From Pseudomonadota bacterium (GTDB lineage Bacteria; Pseudomonadota; Alphaproteobacteria; Micavibrionales; CSBR16-224): DNA of 64,000 nucleotides. The notes below the pieces were generated by a model. That model was not told the DNA's origin. It saw only the letters and a program-made list of their open reading frames with translations, and ran no database searches. Numbering within the stretch: the stretch's first letter is position 1; every line of letters begins with the position of its first letter. Both the position numbers and the translations under genes were made by a program. Of the stretch, positions 1-10,875 are shown piece by piece. Location: NCBI GenBank assembly GCA_013285465.1, contig CP053449.1:192870-256869 (forward strand), in the 5' to 3' direction.

Positions 1-1615
1 GTTTGTCATCCGGTACGCCGATCACGAGGACTTCGGAAATGCTGTGATTTTGTGCCAGAGCATCTTCGATATTACGCGGATAGACGTTATAACCATTGGT
101 GATGATCATGTCTTTGATACGGTCAACGATAAAGACGAAACCGTCATCATCAATATAGCCGATATCGCCGGTGTGGAAGAAGCCGTCTTTATCAATCGCT
201 TCTTTCGTCGCGTCATCACGTTTCCAGTAGCCTTTCATCAGCTGCGGACCGCGCAGGCAGATTTCCCCTTTGACATTGACCGGCTGGTCTTTTGTCGGGA
301 ATTCGGGGTCGCGGATACGGACTTCCGTTCCGGGTGCGGGTAGGCCGATGGAATTGGCTTTCTGCAGACCCTTCAGCGGATTGGCGGTCGCCATCGGTGA
401 GGTTTCGGACAGACCGTAACCTTCAAACAACACACAGCCGGTTTTGCCTTCGAAATCCTTTTTCAGCTCGTCGCTCAAAGGTGCGCCGCCGGAAATGCAG
501 TATTTCAGCGAGGACAGATCATATTTCGACAAGGACGGATCATCGGCAATCGCTTTGTAGATGGCGGGAACGCCGGCGAAAATCGTCGGTTTGTCTTTGT
601 GGATGGTTTTGATCGTGTCTTTCAGTTCGAAACGCGGCTTCATATTCAGCTCTGCGCCGATGGCAATCGACAGGTTCATTTCCGCCGTCATGGCAAAAAC
701 ATGGAAGAAGGGCAGAACGGCCAGAACCTGATCCTGCTTCTTTTCGCCTGTGGCGGCTTTTTCGTTACCCGTACCCATATCGAACCATGCTTTGGTCTGT
801 TGCGTGTTCACATACAGATTGGCATGGGTCAGCATGGCGCCTTTCGGCAGGCCTGTCGTACCGCCGGTATATTGCAGAACGGCGATATCATTTTCAGGGT
901 CAATCGTGACGGGCTTGAATTTGCCGTCATTTTTCAGCAATTTGCCGAATGTGGTGTGCGAATCGTCTTTCGGCAGTTTTGCTTTAAACTGTTTTGCCTC
1001 GGGTGCCATTTTGCTGCCCTTGAACACTTTATCCAGCCATGTTTTCAGGCCGAAAAGGTAGTTTTTCGGAAAGGGCAGTGCTTCGGACAGGCTGCAGGTA
1101 ACGATTTTTTTCAGCTTGTTGTCGTCTTTGCCGACCAGATCGCCGAATTTCGGATAGATCGATTCCATGTCCAGCGTGACAACGGCTTCGGCATCGCTGT
1201 CCTGAATCAGATGTTCCAGTTCATTTTTTGCGTAAAGCGGGTTCATATTGACAACAGTGGCACCGGCTTTCAGCGCGCCGTAGTAAGAGGCGACGTAAAA
1301 GGGGCTGTTCGGCAGGCACAGGGCAACTTTGCTGCCTTTTTTAATGCCCATATCCTGAAAGCCTTTTGCGGCTTTATCGGCCATTTCGCCGACTTCTTTA
1401 TAGGTGTATTTTTTGCCCATGAAGGACAGGAAGGTTTTATCGCCATGCTCTTTAACGGCGTCGTCCAAAAGATCGGTCATCGGGCGTTTTTCGAATTCCT
1501 GATGCCAATCGACATCGACGGGATAGTTTTTCAGCCACGGACGCAGATCGTTGTCATTTCCGACAGCGGCTTTTGCGGTTTTGCTTTTACCTTTGGCTTT
1601 CTGCGGTTTCGTCAT
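1..1615 (-). CDS. fadD: long-chain fatty-acid--CoA ligase (AMP-binding superfamily); C-terminal end lies beyond the window edge
   Basis: Not in the ORF track because it runs off the left edge. Reverse complement from the ATG at complement 1615-1613 reads MTKPQKAKGKSKTAKAAVGNDNDLRPWLKNYPVDVDWHQEFEKRPMTDLLDDAVKEHGDKTFLSFMGKKYTYKEVGEMADKAAKGFQDMGIKKGSKVALCLPNSP. Reverse complement of bases 1-70 reads IEDALAQNHSISEVLVIGVPDDK, typical of the acyl-CoA synthetase C-terminal domain. The + ORFs 599..1639 and 750..1061 are antisense shadows. Confidence 0.85.
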   Translation of the reverse strand, partial: MTKPQKAKGKSKTAKAAVGNDNDLRPWLKNYPVDVDWHQEFEKRPMTDLLDDAVKEHGDKTFLSFMGKKYTYKEVGEMADKAAKGFQDMGIKKGSKVALCLPNSPFYVASYYGALKAGATVVNMNPLYAKNELEHLIQDSDAEAVVTLDMESIYPKFGDLVGKDDNKLKKIVTCSLSEALPFPKNYLFGLKTWLDKVFKGSKMAPEAKQFKAKLPKDDSHTTFGKLLKNDGKFKPVTIDPENDIAVLQYTGGTTGLPKGAMLTHANLYVNTQQTKAWFDMGTGNEKAATGEKKQDQVLAVLPFFHVFAMTAEMNLSIAIGAELNMKPRFELKDTIKTIHKDKPTIFAGVPAIYKAIADDPSLSKYDLSSLKYCISGGAPLSDELKKDFEGKTGCVLFEGYGLSETSPMATANPLKGLQKANSIGLPAPGTEVRIRDPEFPTKDQPVNVKGEICLRGPQLMKGYWKRDDATKEAIDKDGFFHTGDIGYIDDDGFVFIVDRIKDMIITNGYNVYPRNIEDALAQNHSISEVLVIGVPDDK

Positions 1616-1720
1616 TCTTTTACGCCTTTCTTTGAATAGTGAGCACGATCAAATTCATAAAATTTAATTTTCGCATTGTTATGTATAATGTTGGAGCAAG
1701 TAATATGCTATATTTTTATG

Positions 1721-1734
1721 GTTCTTGCAAGAAC
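1721..1734. promoter_or_regulatory. perfect 14-bp palindrome GTTCTTGCAAGAAC in the divergent fadD/acs intergenic region (candidate operator)
   Basis: Read directly from the sequence. It is its own reverse complement and lies between two divergently transcribed acyl/acetyl-CoA ligase genes. Confidence 0.35.
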
Positions 1735-1859
1735 TTTTCGTGCAGCTCTTCCCTGCGGTTTTGCGTGGCGGTAACGCTCTTGCAGTTTTTCGCGGGATTC
1801 TCTATGATTCCGCCATATTCAAGCATGTGGGATTTATTTAAAACCTATAGGAGAGAGCC

Positions 1860-3827
1860 ATGACAGAACAACATACCCAGCATATGACGATTCCGGTTCC
1901 GGAACATATTAAAGAGACGGCAAAAATCAACCGTGCCGATTATGACCGGATGTATAAAGAATCCGTCGAAGACAGTGAAGGTTTTTGGGACAAGCAGGGC
2001 AAGCGTCTTGACTGGTTCAAACCCTATACCAAAGTGAAAGATACCGATTTTAACAATCATGTCCATGTGCGCTGGTATGAAGACGGCACGCTGAATGCCG
2101 CTTATAACTGTATTGACCGCCATTTGCCTGCCCGCGCCGCGCAGACGGCGTTGATCTGGGAAGGTGATAATCCCGCAGACAGTAAAAAAGTGACTTATGC
2201 ACAGCTGAAAGACGAAGTTTGCAAATTGGCAAACGGTCTGAAAAGCCGCGGTGTAAAAAAAGGCGACCGCGTCACGATTTATATGCCGATGGTTGTGGAG
2301 GCGGTTTATGCGATGCTGGCCTGCGCGCGTATCGGTGCGGTGCATTCGGTTGTTTTCGGCGGCTTTTCGCCGCAAAGTCTGATTGACCGTATTCTGGATT
2401 GTGAATCCGATGTGCTGATTACGGCTGATGAAGGCGTACGCGGCGGCAAGAAAATTCCGCTGAAAGCGAATGCCGATAAGGCGCTGGAAGAATGCCCGGA
2501 TGTTCACACGGTTATCGTTCTGAGACATACGGGCGGCAATACCGGCTGGAAAGACGGCCGCGATATTTGTTACCGTGAGCTGTGCGATGCGCAATCGACG
2601 GATTGTGAAGCTGAGGAAATGAATGCGGAGGATCCGCTGTTTATTCTTTATACGTCAGGGTCAACGGGCAAGCCGAAAGGCGTGCTGCACACGACCGGCG
2701 GCTATATGGTTTATGCCGCGATGACGCATGAATATGTGTTCGATTATCACGATGGTGATATTTACTGGTGTACGGCGGATGTCGGTTGGGTCACCGGACA
2801 CAGCTATATTGTTTACGGCCCGCTGGCCAATGGTGCGACCACGCTGGTTTTTGAAGGCGTGCCGAATTACCCTGATTGGAGCCGTTTCTGGCAGGTTGTG
2901 GACAAGCATGAGGTGAATATTTTCTATACCGCACCGACGGCAATCCGCGCGCTGCTGCGCGAAGGCGATGCGCCGGTGAAAAAGACCAGCCGCAAAAGCC
3001 TGCGTATTCTGGGCTCGGTCGGTGAGCCGATTAATGAAGAAGCATGGCTGTGGTATTACGATGTCGTCGGCGATAAACGCTGCGCCGTTGTGGATACGTG
3101 GTGGCAGACGGAAACGGGCGGTATTCTGATTAGCGGGTTGCCGGGTGCGATCGATATGAAACCGTCTTTTGCAACTGTCCCGTTCTTTGGTGTACAGCCT
3201 GCGCTGGTCGATGGTGAAGGCAATATTATCACGGATCAGGTCGCGGAAGGTAATCTGGTGATGCTGGATAGCTGGCCGGGACAGATGCGCAGTGTTTATA
3301 AAGACCATGAGCGTTTTGTGCAGACCTATTTCTCGACCTTCCCCGGAAAATATTTCACGGGTGACGGTGCCCGCCGCGATGAGAACGGTTTTTACCGCAT
3401 TACCGGACGTGTGGATGATGTGATTAATGTCTCGGGTCACCGCCTAGGAACGGCGGAAATCGAGGAAGCCTTGAACGCGCATGAAAAAGTGGCGGAATCC
3501 GCCGTTGTCGGTTATCCGCATGACATCAAAGGGCAGGGTATCTATGCCTATGTCACGCTGAACAGCGGCGAAGAGCCGAATGAAGAGTTGCGCCGCGAGC
3601 TGGTCGGGTGGGTACGGACGGAAATCGGTCCGATTGCCACGCCTGATGTTATTCAATGGGCACCGGGTCTGCCGAAAACCCGCTCGGGTAAAATTATGCG
3701 CCGCATTTTGCGTAAAGTGGCGGAAGGTGCGCATGACCAGCTGGGCGATACCTCAACGCTGGCGGATCCGTCTGTTGTGGATGATCTTGTTGCCGAACAT
3801 AAGAATTTGGTGAACAAGGCCGCCTGA
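1860..3827 (+). CDS. acs: acetyl-CoA synthetase
   Basis: 655-aa ORF with the AMP-binding signature [14 protein letters not shown] and the C-terminal [15 protein letters not shown] motif. Length and N-terminus ([18 protein letters not shown]) are typical of Acs. GGAGAG lies just upstream of the ATG. Confidence 0.95.
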   Translation: MTEQHTQHMTIPVPEHIKETAKINRADYDRMYKESVEDSEGFWDKQGKRLDWFKPYTKVKDTDFNNHVHVRWYEDGTLNAAYNCIDRHLPARAAQTALIWEGDNPADSKKVTYAQLKDEVCKLANGLKSRGVKKGDRVTIYMPMVVEAVYAMLACARIGAVHSVVFGGFSPQSLIDRILDCESDVLITADEGVRGGKKIPLKANADKALEECPDVHTVIVLRHTGGNTGWKDGRDICYRELCDAQSTDCEAEEMNAEDPLFILYTSGSTGKPKGVLHTTGGYMVYAAMTHEYVFDYHDGDIYWCTADVGWVTGHSYIVYGPLANGATTLVFEGVPNYPDWSRFWQVVDKHEVNIFYTAPTAIRALLREGDAPVKKTSRKSLRILGSVGEPINEEAWLWYYDVVGDKRCAVVDTWWQTETGGILISGLPGAIDMKPSFATVPFFGVQPALVDGEGNIITDQVAEGNLVMLDSWPGQMRSVYKDHERFVQTYFSTFPGKYFTGDGARRDENGFYRITGRVDDVINVSGHRLGTAEIEEALNAHEKVAESAVVGYPHDIKGQGIYAYVTLNSGEEPNEELRRELVGWVRTEIGPIATPDVIQWAPGLPKTRSGKIMRRILRKVAEGAHDQLGDTSTLADPSVVDDLVAEHKNLVNKAA

Positions 3828-3850
3828 AAAGCGGAATAAGGACAAAGAAA

Positions 3851-3888
3851 AACCGGGATGCGCTTTGGAACGCATTCCGGTTTTTTTA
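3851..3888 (+). terminator. rho-independent terminator after acs
   Basis: Hairpin CCGGGATGCG / CGCATTCCGG (one G-U pair) with an 8-nt loop, followed by T7. Confidence 0.75.
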
Positions 3889-4028
3889 CACCCACAAAAT
3901 ATAAGAAAGGCCGTTTGTCCTTTTCCTCTGTGAAAGTCGTTATAAAGCGACTTCCTGTTCCCATTACAGCAGTGAAAAGTTATTATTTTGTTAAGAGCCG
4001 TATAAAAAAAGCAGATCGTGCAATAAAA

Positions 4029-5900
4029 ATGACAAAAACGCGTGAGGCCGTTCCGCCTTCTCTTGCGGAGGGGATAAAAATCATTAAAGAATTTGCCGCC
4101 GGATTGCCGCTTGATCCGGGGGTGTACCGTATGCTCGATAAGAACGGTGAAGCGCTTTACGTCGGCAAGGCGAAAGAGCTGAAAAAGCGCGTGCAAAGCT
4201 ATACGCGGGCGCGGCAGTTGACGGTGCGGCTGGCACGAATGGTGGCGGAAACGGTGCGGATGGAGTTTACCGTGACGGCGACGGAGGCGGAGGCGCTACT
4301 GCTGGAAACCAATCTGATCAAAAAGCTGAAGCCGCGTTATAACATCCTGATGCGCGATGATAAATCCTTCCCCTATATCGCCATTACCAGTGACCATGAT
4401 TATCCGCGGGTGTTGAAACATCGCGGGGCAAAGCGGAAGAATCGTGACTATTTCGGCCCTTTTGCCGGGGCGGGGGATGTGAACCGCACATTGGCGCTGT
4501 TGCAAAAGGCTTTCATGCTGCGGAACTGCACCGACCATGATTTTGCCACGCGCAGCCGCCCCTGTCTGCAATATCAGATCAAACGCTGTACGGCGCCTTG
4601 TGTCGGTTATGTCAGTAAAGAGGATTATGCGGCACAGGTGAAAATGGCCGAGAATTTTCTGACGGGCAAAAGCGCGGAGATTCAAAAAGACTTCGCGGCA
4701 AAAATGCAGCAGGAAAGCGATGCGATGAATTTCGAAAAGGCGGCGCAGTACCGCGACCGGATTCGCGCTTTGTCTGCTGTGCAGTCGCGGCAGGGTTTCC
4801 ATGCGGCAGGGTTGCAGGATGCCGATATTATCGTCATTCACCAGCAGGAAGGGCGCAGCTGTATTCTTAGTTTCTTTTACCGTTCGGGGCAATATTACGG
4901 CAATCATGCTTTTTATCCGCGGCATGATGTCGATGCGGAAGATGCGGATGTTATGACGGCCTTTTTATTGCAGTTTTATGAGAGCCATCCGGCGCCGCCG
5001 GAAATTTATCTGAATGTGAAACCGCGCGAGAAAAATCTTATTGCACAGGCGTTATCATTACAGGAGGAGAAGAAGGTCGCCATCCTGGTGCCGCAACGCG
5101 GGCGCAAGCGGGAGATGATCGAACAGGCCGCACTGCAGGCTGAAAAACAATGCCGTGACTACGTATCCGGACTGGCGACACAAAAACAGCTGTTGAAAAA
5201 ACTGGCGAAAATTCTGGGGCTGGCGGCGGCGCCGACGCGGATCGAGGTCTATGATAACAGCCATATTTCCGGCACCAATGCCGTTGGCGCCATGATCGTT
5301 GCCGGCGAAGAAGGTTTTCAAAAACAGTTTTACCGTAAATTCAATATTGCGCAGGGCAGTCTGACGCCGGGTGATGATTATGCCATGATGCGGGAAGTTT
5401 TGCGCCGCCGCTTTGCCCGCGTGCAGAAAGATGATCCGGATAAGAGTAAAAATCTGTGGCCTGATCTTGTGATTCTGGATGGCGGCAAAGGGCAGCTGTC
5501 AACGGGGCTGGCGATTTTTGAGGAATTGGGGATTGCGGATGTGCCGATAGTGGCGGTTGCCAAAGGTGTGGAGCGGAATGCGGGGCGCGAGAAAATTTTC
5601 CTGCCCGGCAAAGCCGCGCCGCTATCCCTGCCGGAGGGGGATGCCGTGCTGTATTTTATCCAGCGTATCCGTGACGAAGCACATCGTTTCGCGATCGGCG
5701 CACATAGAACGCGCCGCAAAAATGCCGCGCATAAAACACCGCTGGATGATATTGACGGTATCGGTGCGAAACGCAAGAAAGCATTATTGAAACATTTCGG
5801 CTCTGCCCGTGCGGTATCGGAGGCCGGGATCGCCGATATTGCGACTGTGGAGGGGATCAGTCACGAAATGGCCAGAAAAATCTATGAATATTTCCGCTAA
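4029..5900 (+). CDS. uvrC: excinuclease ABC subunit C
   Basis: GIY-YIG N-terminus (GVYRMLDKNGEALYVGKAKELKKRV) and C-terminal helix-hairpin-helix (IDGIGAKRKKALLKHFGSARAV). I prefer ATG 4029 (MTKTREAV) to the track start 3858, because the extra 57 codons overlie the acs terminator. Confidence 0.93.
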   Translation: MTKTREAVPPSLAEGIKIIKEFAAGLPLDPGVYRMLDKNGEALYVGKAKELKKRVQSYTRARQLTVRLARMVAETVRMEFTVTATEAEALLLETNLIKKLKPRYNILMRDDKSFPYIAITSDHDYPRVLKHRGAKRKNRDYFGPFAGAGDVNRTLALLQKAFMLRNCTDHDFATRSRPCLQYQIKRCTAPCVGYVSKEDYAAQVKMAENFLTGKSAEIQKDFAAKMQQESDAMNFEKAAQYRDRIRALSAVQSRQGFHAAGLQDADIIVIHQQEGRSCILSFFYRSGQYYGNHAFYPRHDVDAEDADVMTAFLLQFYESHPAPPEIYLNVKPREKNLIAQALSLQEEKKVAILVPQRGRKREMIEQAALQAEKQCRDYVSGLATQKQLLKKLAKILGLAAAPTRIEVYDNSHISGTNAVGAMIVAGEEGFQKQFYRKFNIAQGSLTPGDDYAMMREVLRRRFARVQKDDPDKSKNLWPDLVILDGGKGQLSTGLAIFEELGIADVPIVAVAKGVERNAGREKIFLPGKAAPLSLPEGDAVLYFIQRIRDEAHRFAIGAHRTRRKNAAHKTPLDDIDGIGAKRKKALLKHFGSARAVSEAGIADIATVEGISHEMARKIYEYFR

Positions 5901-5972
5901 ACCTATAGTCTGGCAAGGGAATAAAGTGATTCTTGAAACAACAAAAATAAACCTATAAAAGGCGGTTCCGAC

Positions 5973-6539
5973 GTGCTGACAAACTTACCGAATATGTTGA
6001 CAATCTTCCGGGTGGTGGTCGTGCCGCTGCTGGTGGTGCTGTTTTATATCGGGGGGGCGACGGCGATCTGGACGGCGGTCGTGATTTTTGCGCTGGCGGG
6101 TGCCAGTGATTATCTGGACGGGTATTTTGCCCGCACCATGAAACAAACCTCCGATTTCGGGCGGTTTCTTGACCCGATTGCCGATAAGCTGATTGTGATC
6201 GTATCGCTGATGCTGGTGATCGGATTCGGCCATTTGCAGGGTTACTGGATTTTGGCGGCAATTATTATTGTGGCGCGCGAGATTATGGTCTCGGGGCTGC
6301 GCGAATTTCTCGGCCCGTATAAAATTACCGTGCCGGTGACAAAGCTGGCGAAGTGGAAAACAACCGTGCAAATGCTGTTTCTGGGGTTTCTGATTGCGGG
6401 ACCTTACGGTCCGACGCTGGTGCCTTATGCCGAGGAAATCGGCCGTTACGGGCTGGTATTGGCGGCTGTTGTGACCGTCATTACCGGATGGGATTATATG
6501 AAGAGCGGTTATAAAACCGTGAAAGAGCTAGACAGTTAA
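5973..6539 (+). CDS. pgsA: CDP-diacylglycerol--glycerol-3-phosphate 3-phosphatidyltransferase
   Basis: CDP-alcohol phosphatidyltransferase motif DYLDGYFAR...DPIADKL. Multi-TM protein of 188 aa with a GTG start. Confidence 0.9.
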   Translation: MLTNLPNMLTIFRVVVVPLLVVLFYIGGATAIWTAVVIFALAGASDYLDGYFARTMKQTSDFGRFLDPIADKLIVIVSLMLVIGFGHLQGYWILAAIIIVAREIMVSGLREFLGPYKITVPVTKLAKWKTTVQMLFLGFLIAGPYGPTLVPYAEEIGRYGLVLAAVVTVITGWDYMKSGYKTVKELDS

Positions 6540-7079
6540 GCCTTTTTGCTTGTGACCCTCAGCGCGCCGTCCGGGAAAGGCAATAACGACACCGGTTGAT
6601 CTTTGCGGCGAGAAATCCATATTTTCACGAAAATGTCCCAGAACCGGAGATTGCGCTTCCGCATTGACGGCCATGGCGCTTTCGATATACTGTGCGGCAG
6701 CGCCTTCCTGAATATCGACAATACGGCTGTGAAAAATGCACAGACCCAGTTCAATCATCGCCTGATTGCCGGCATGATGGGTTTGTCCGTCCAGTTCCAT
6801 ATGGATGATGCGGAACACATCACCGCTGCCGATACGCATGGCGCGAATCTCGACATTTTCTTCGTAATCTTTGTAAATCTGGCCGTCATCGGCTTCGTAA
6901 TCGCCGCGGCGGTGATACAGGGAGGCGGAGAACAGGCGACCGTCTTCTTCCATGCGGATTTCGGCGACACCGTTGATCATCGGGTTCGCGGCATCGCTGT
7001 AGGAGGCTGTGTATTGTCCGTCTTCGGATAATACCTCAAAGCCCATTTTACTTGCTAAATCCTGAATGCTGTAATCCAT
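6528..7079 (-). CDS. hypothetical cytoplasmic protein, no family recognised
   Basis: 183-aa ORF with coding-like composition. It is convergent with pgsA and overlaps it by 12 bp. I see no signal peptide or recognisable motif. Confidence 0.5.
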   Translation of the reverse strand: MDYSIQDLASKMGFEVLSEDGQYTASYSDAANPMINGVAEIRMEEDGRLFSASLYHRRGDYEADDGQIYKDYEENVEIRAMRIGSGDVFRIIHMELDGQTHHAGNQAMIELGLCIFHSRIVDIQEGAAAQYIESAMAVNAEAQSPVLGHFRENMDFSPQRSTGVVIAFPGRRAEGHKQKGLTV

Positions 7080-7231
7080 TTATCGCGCCTCTCTCTCAAC
7101 ACCAATAAGCTTGTCTGCTTTGTTTTTCCTGTTTTTAATTGCACCTTGGTGACGCAGACTTTATCGTAGCAAGAGAAGATTATCGAAAAGTTAACATGCA
7201 AAAAGATTTTTATCTTTAGGAATTATCAAAA

Positions 7232-7957
7232 ATGGCACCGCCATCTTCATCAGGAGCAGGCTCGGGTTCGGGAACAGGAAAAGGCAAGCCGCCGCGCGGT
7301 TTGCAAAAGAAGAAGCGCGTGCGCACGGCACGCGGACGGAAAAATTCTTCGACGCGCTGGCTGGCGCGGCAGTTGAACGACCCTTATGTGGCGGAGGCTA
7401 AACGGCATGGATACCGCAGCCGCGCCGCTTTTAAAATCATACAGCTGGATGACATGCTGGGCTTGTTTAAACCGGGGCGGCGGGTTGTCGATCTTGGCGC
7501 TGCGCCGGGCGGCTGGATGCAGGTGGCGGCAGATAAGGTAAAGCCGTCCTCAACCGGCGGCGTGGTTGTAGGGATTGATTATCTGGAAATGGATGAAATT
7601 CCCGAAACAACGATTCTTATGAAAGATTTCACCGATGACGATGCGCCGGAAGTGCTGAAGCAGATATTGGGCGGACAGGCTGATGTGGTGATGAGCGATA
7701 TGGCACCGCCGACGACAGGCCACAGGACGACCGATCATATACGCATTATGGCGCTGGCGGAGATGGCTTTTGAATTTGCGCGTGAGGTGCTGGCGCCCGA
7801 TGGCATATTTCTTGCGAAAATATTGCAGGGCGGTGCGCAGAAAACATTGCTGGATGCGATGAAAAGAGACTTTAAAAAGGTGCGCCATGTAAAACCGGAT
7901 GCCAGCCGTAAAGATTCTTCTGAAATGTATATTGTCGGAGAGGGTTTCCGCGGATAA
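7232..7957 (+). CDS. rlmE: 23S rRNA (uridine2552-2'-O)-methyltransferase RlmE/FtsJ
   Basis: STRWLARQLNDPYV...YRSRAAFKIIQLDD and the SAM-binding VVDLGAAPGGW motif, preceded by a basic G/S/K-rich N-terminal extension. Confidence 0.9.
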   Translation: MAPPSSSGAGSGSGTGKGKPPRGLQKKKRVRTARGRKNSSTRWLARQLNDPYVAEAKRHGYRSRAAFKIIQLDDMLGLFKPGRRVVDLGAAPGGWMQVAADKVKPSSTGGVVVGIDYLEMDEIPETTILMKDFTDDDAPEVLKQILGGQADVVMSDMAPPTTGHRTTDHIRIMALAEMAFEFAREVLAPDGIFLAKILQGGAQKTLLDAMKRDFKKVRHVKPDASRKDSSEMYIVGEGFRG

Positions 7958-8004
7958 GATAAGCAGGACGAATTTTGACCTTTTGATCGGGAGTGTAAGA
8001 AAAA

Positions 8005-9480
8005 ATGATTCATGAATTTAATCCGCCGGCGGCTTTGACCTTTGACGATGTATTGCTGGTGCCGCGGAAATCCGAGGTGATCCCGTCCGAGGTATCGCTG
8101 AAAACACAGCTGACCAAAAAAATTACGCTGAATGCACCGTTGATTTCGGCGGCGATGGATACGGTCACCGAAGCACCGATGGCCATTGCGCTGGCGCAGG
8201 CGGGCGGTATCGGCGTGATTCACAAAAGCATGCCTTTGGGCAAGCAGGTGGAAGAAGTCCGGCGCGTTAAACGCTATGTATCGGGAATTGTGACGGACCC
8301 GATTACGATTTCACCGGAATCCTCTCTGGCGGAAGCGCTGGATCTGATGAAAACCTATGGCATTTCCGGGATCCCCGTTGTGGAGCAGCCGTCGAAAAAG
8401 GTTGTCGGTATCCTGACAAACCGCGATGTGCGCTTTGTCGAGGAATTCGAACGCCCTGTTAAAGAGCTGATGACGCATGAAAATCTGATTACCGTCCCGA
8501 AAGGAACGGACCGGGAGGAAGCCAAGCAGTTGCTGCATGAACACCGTCTGGAAAAGCTGATTGTGGTCGATGAGCAAGGGCGCTGTGCCGGACTGATTAC
8601 CGTGAAGGATATCGAACGCGCGATTTTAAACCCTTTTGCCAGTAAGGATGATGATGGCCGTTTGCTGGTGGCTGCTGCTGTCGGCGTCGGTAAGGACGGG
8701 ATTGACCGCGCCATGGCGATGGCGGATGCAGGGCTTGATCTGGTTGTTGTTGATACGGCGCATGGTCACTCCAAGGCGGTGATCGAGACTGTGAAACAAA
8801 TCCGCCAGATGCGCTCCAAAGATATTCAGGTGATGGCCGGTAATGTGGCAACAGCCGAGGGTGCGGGCGCTTTGATCGAAGCGGGGGCGGATGCCGTTAA
8901 AATCGGTATCGGTCCGGGATCAATCTGTACGACGCGGATTGTCGCCGGTGTCGGCGTGCCGCAGCTTGCCGCGATCAAAGCCGCAGTACATGCCTGCAAA
9001 ACCTATGATATTCCGGTTGTTGCCGATGGCGGCATCAAATATTCCGGCGATATTGCTAAAGCTATCGGTGCGGGGGCGAATGCCGTGATGGTCGGTTCAC
9101 TTCTGGCCGGAACGGATGAATCGCCGGGCGAGATTATCTATTATCAGGGCCGCGCCTTTAAGAGCTATCGCGGTATGGGGTCGCTTGGCGCGATGGCGAA
9201 AGGCTCTGCCGACCGTTATGCGCAATCGGGTGATATGGGGCTGGGTAAACTGGTTCCCGAAGGTGTCGAGGGCCGCGTGCCTTATAACGGCGCGGTCGAA
9301 ACTGTGATTTACCAGCTGCTGGGCGGATTGCGTTCGGCAATGGGCTATCTTGGTGCGCCGGATATCGAGACGCTGAAACGCGATGCGGAATTCGTGCAAA
9401 TCACCCATGCGGGTGTGCTGGAAAGCCATGTTCATGATGTGCAGATCACACGCGAGGCACCGAATTACCGTCAGAAATAA
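8005..9480 (+). CDS. guaB: IMP dehydrogenase
   Basis: 491 aa with a CBS pair in the middle and the catalytic loop [13 protein letters not shown]. Confidence 0.96.
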   Translation: MIHEFNPPAALTFDDVLLVPRKSEVIPSEVSLKTQLTKKITLNAPLISAAMDTVTEAPMAIALAQAGGIGVIHKSMPLGKQVEEVRRVKRYVSGIVTDPITISPESSLAEALDLMKTYGISGIPVVEQPSKKVVGILTNRDVRFVEEFERPVKELMTHENLITVPKGTDREEAKQLLHEHRLEKLIVVDEQGRCAGLITVKDIERAILNPFASKDDDGRLLVAAAVGVGKDGIDRAMAMADAGLDLVVVDTAHGHSKAVIETVKQIRQMRSKDIQVMAGNVATAEGAGALIEAGADAVKIGIGPGSICTTRIVAGVGVPQLAAIKAAVHACKTYDIPVVADGGIKYSGDIAKAIGAGANAVMVGSLLAGTDESPGEIIYYQGRAFKSYRGMGSLGAMAKGSADRYAQSGDMGLGKLVPEGVEGRVPYNGAVETVIYQLLGGLRSAMGYLGAPDIETLKRDAEFVQITHAGVLESHVHDVQITREAPNYRQK

Positions 9481-9495
9481 GTACGGTCATATTTT

Positions 9496-10875
9496 ATGCG
9501 CATTCACCTTCCTTACGGCAGATTCTTAAAACGGTACCTGCCGCGCACGCTGCTTTGGCGGACGATGATGATTATCATCATTCCGGCGATGCTGCTGCAG
9601 GCGATTGTTTTCTTTATTTTTATGGAGCGGCACTGGGACGCGGTCGGCACAAGGCTGGCCATGGCTGTCGCGGGGGATATTTCGATTGTCTTGCGCGAGT
9701 TTGACGGGCTTCACGGCCAAGTTTCGGCGGATGACCTGACGCAGCGGCTGAATGAAATAATGGGCGGCACCGGTTTTGTTATTTATTACCACCCTGAGGC
9801 GGCATTATCGGGGCAGCACGGAAAAATCGGGAAATGGTTTGATATTGCGCCGCTTATGATCGCGAGGCTGGAGAGTGTTGTGCCGCATGATTTTCTGGTC
9901 GGCACGCCGTCGGAACGGCATAAGATGATCCAGATTCGTATCGGGCTTGAACAGCGCGGCGTTCTAGTGATTGATATGCCGGAATACCGTCTTTATACGG
10001 CGACATCCTATATTTTTGTGCTGTGGATGCTGGGCAGTGCCGTGGTGCTGTTCACGATTGCGGTTTTGTTTATGCGCAATCAGGTGCGTCCGATCAGGCG
10101 GCTGGCTGTGGCGGTGGAGAGTTTCGGGCGCGGGATGGATGCGCCGGATTTTCGTCCCGAAGGGGCGCTGGAAGTACGGCAGGCGGGGGTGTCCTTTCTG
10201 AAAATGCGTGAACGTATCCGCCGTCAGGTGGAGCAGCGCACCGCGATGCTGAACGGTATTTCACATGATTTACGCACACCCGTTACCCGTATGAAAATAG
10301 AAATCGAGATGCTGGAAGACCGTGAAACGGCGGAGGCGTTGAAAAGTGATCTGGACGCAATGGAAAAAATGCTGGAAGGATATCTGGCCTTTGCGCGCGG
10401 CGAGCAGGATGAAAAAGGTGAAGCCGTTTCCCTGAACCGTTTTCTGGCCAGTATTGTTGAAAATGCCCGCCGTCAGGGCGGGGAAATTCTGTGCAATGTC
10501 GAAACCCTGCCGGAAATACAATGCGAGGTAAAAGCCTCGGCGCTGTCGCGTGCTTTGAGTAATATCATAGATAACGGGTGTAAATACGGCACGGAAGTGC
10601 GCGTGTCACTCAATTTGGTTCAGAACGAGGTTGGCAATGATCTGGCGGAAATACTGGTGGAGGATAACGGCCCCGGCATTCCCGCAGAGTCTTACGGCGA
10701 GGTGTTCCGCCCCTTTGTGCGGCTGGAAAAGTCACGCAATCCCGAAACCGGCGGTATCGGCCTCGGTCTGTCGGTGGCGCAGGATATTATTCACAGCCAT
10801 GGCGGCCATATCACGCTGATGCCGCGCAAGGATGGTAAAAAAGGGCTGGCGGTTTCCGTTATTCTGCCGCTTTAG
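9496..10875 (+). CDS. two-component sensor histidine kinase (EnvZ-like; no adjacent response regulator)
   Basis: Two TM segments, a HAMP-like linker, the H-box ISHDLRTPVTRM, and ATPase boxes DNGCKYG, EDNGPGIP and GIGLGLSV. Confidence 0.85.
   Translation: MRIHLPYGRFLKRYLPRTLLWRTMMIIIIPAMLLQAIVFFIFMERHWDAVGTRLAMAVAGDISIVLREFDGLHGQVSADDLTQRLNEIMGGTGFVIYYHPEAALSGQHGKIGKWFDIAPLMIARLESVVPHDFLVGTPSERHKMIQIRIGLEQRGVLVIDMPEYRLYTATSYIFVLWMLGSAVVLFTIAVLFMRNQVRPIRRLAVAVESFGRGMDAPDFRPEGALEVRQAGVSFLKMRERIRRQVEQRTAMLNGISHDLRTPVTRMKIEIEMLEDRETAEALKSDLDAMEKMLEGYLAFARGEQDEKGEAVSLNRFLASIVENARRQGGEILCNVETLPEIQCEVKASALSRALSNIIDNGCKYGTEVRVSLNLVQNEVGNDLAEILVEDNGPGIPAESYGEVFRPFVRLEKSRNPETGGIGLGLSVAQDIIHSHGGHITLMPRKDGKKGLAVSVILPL

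Noticed and set aside
599-1639. 346-aa + strand ORF (and 750..1061) at the left end
   Set aside because: Its composition is F/R/G/C-rich nonsense. The opposite strand gives a clean acyl-CoA synthetase sequence across the same interval, so these are antisense shadow ORFs.
3858-4028. N-terminal 57-codon extension of uvrC in the ORF track
   Set aside because: The extension begins inside the acs terminator hairpin and encodes a basic, low-complexity stretch. The conserved GIY-YIG region follows Met 4029 at the usual distance.
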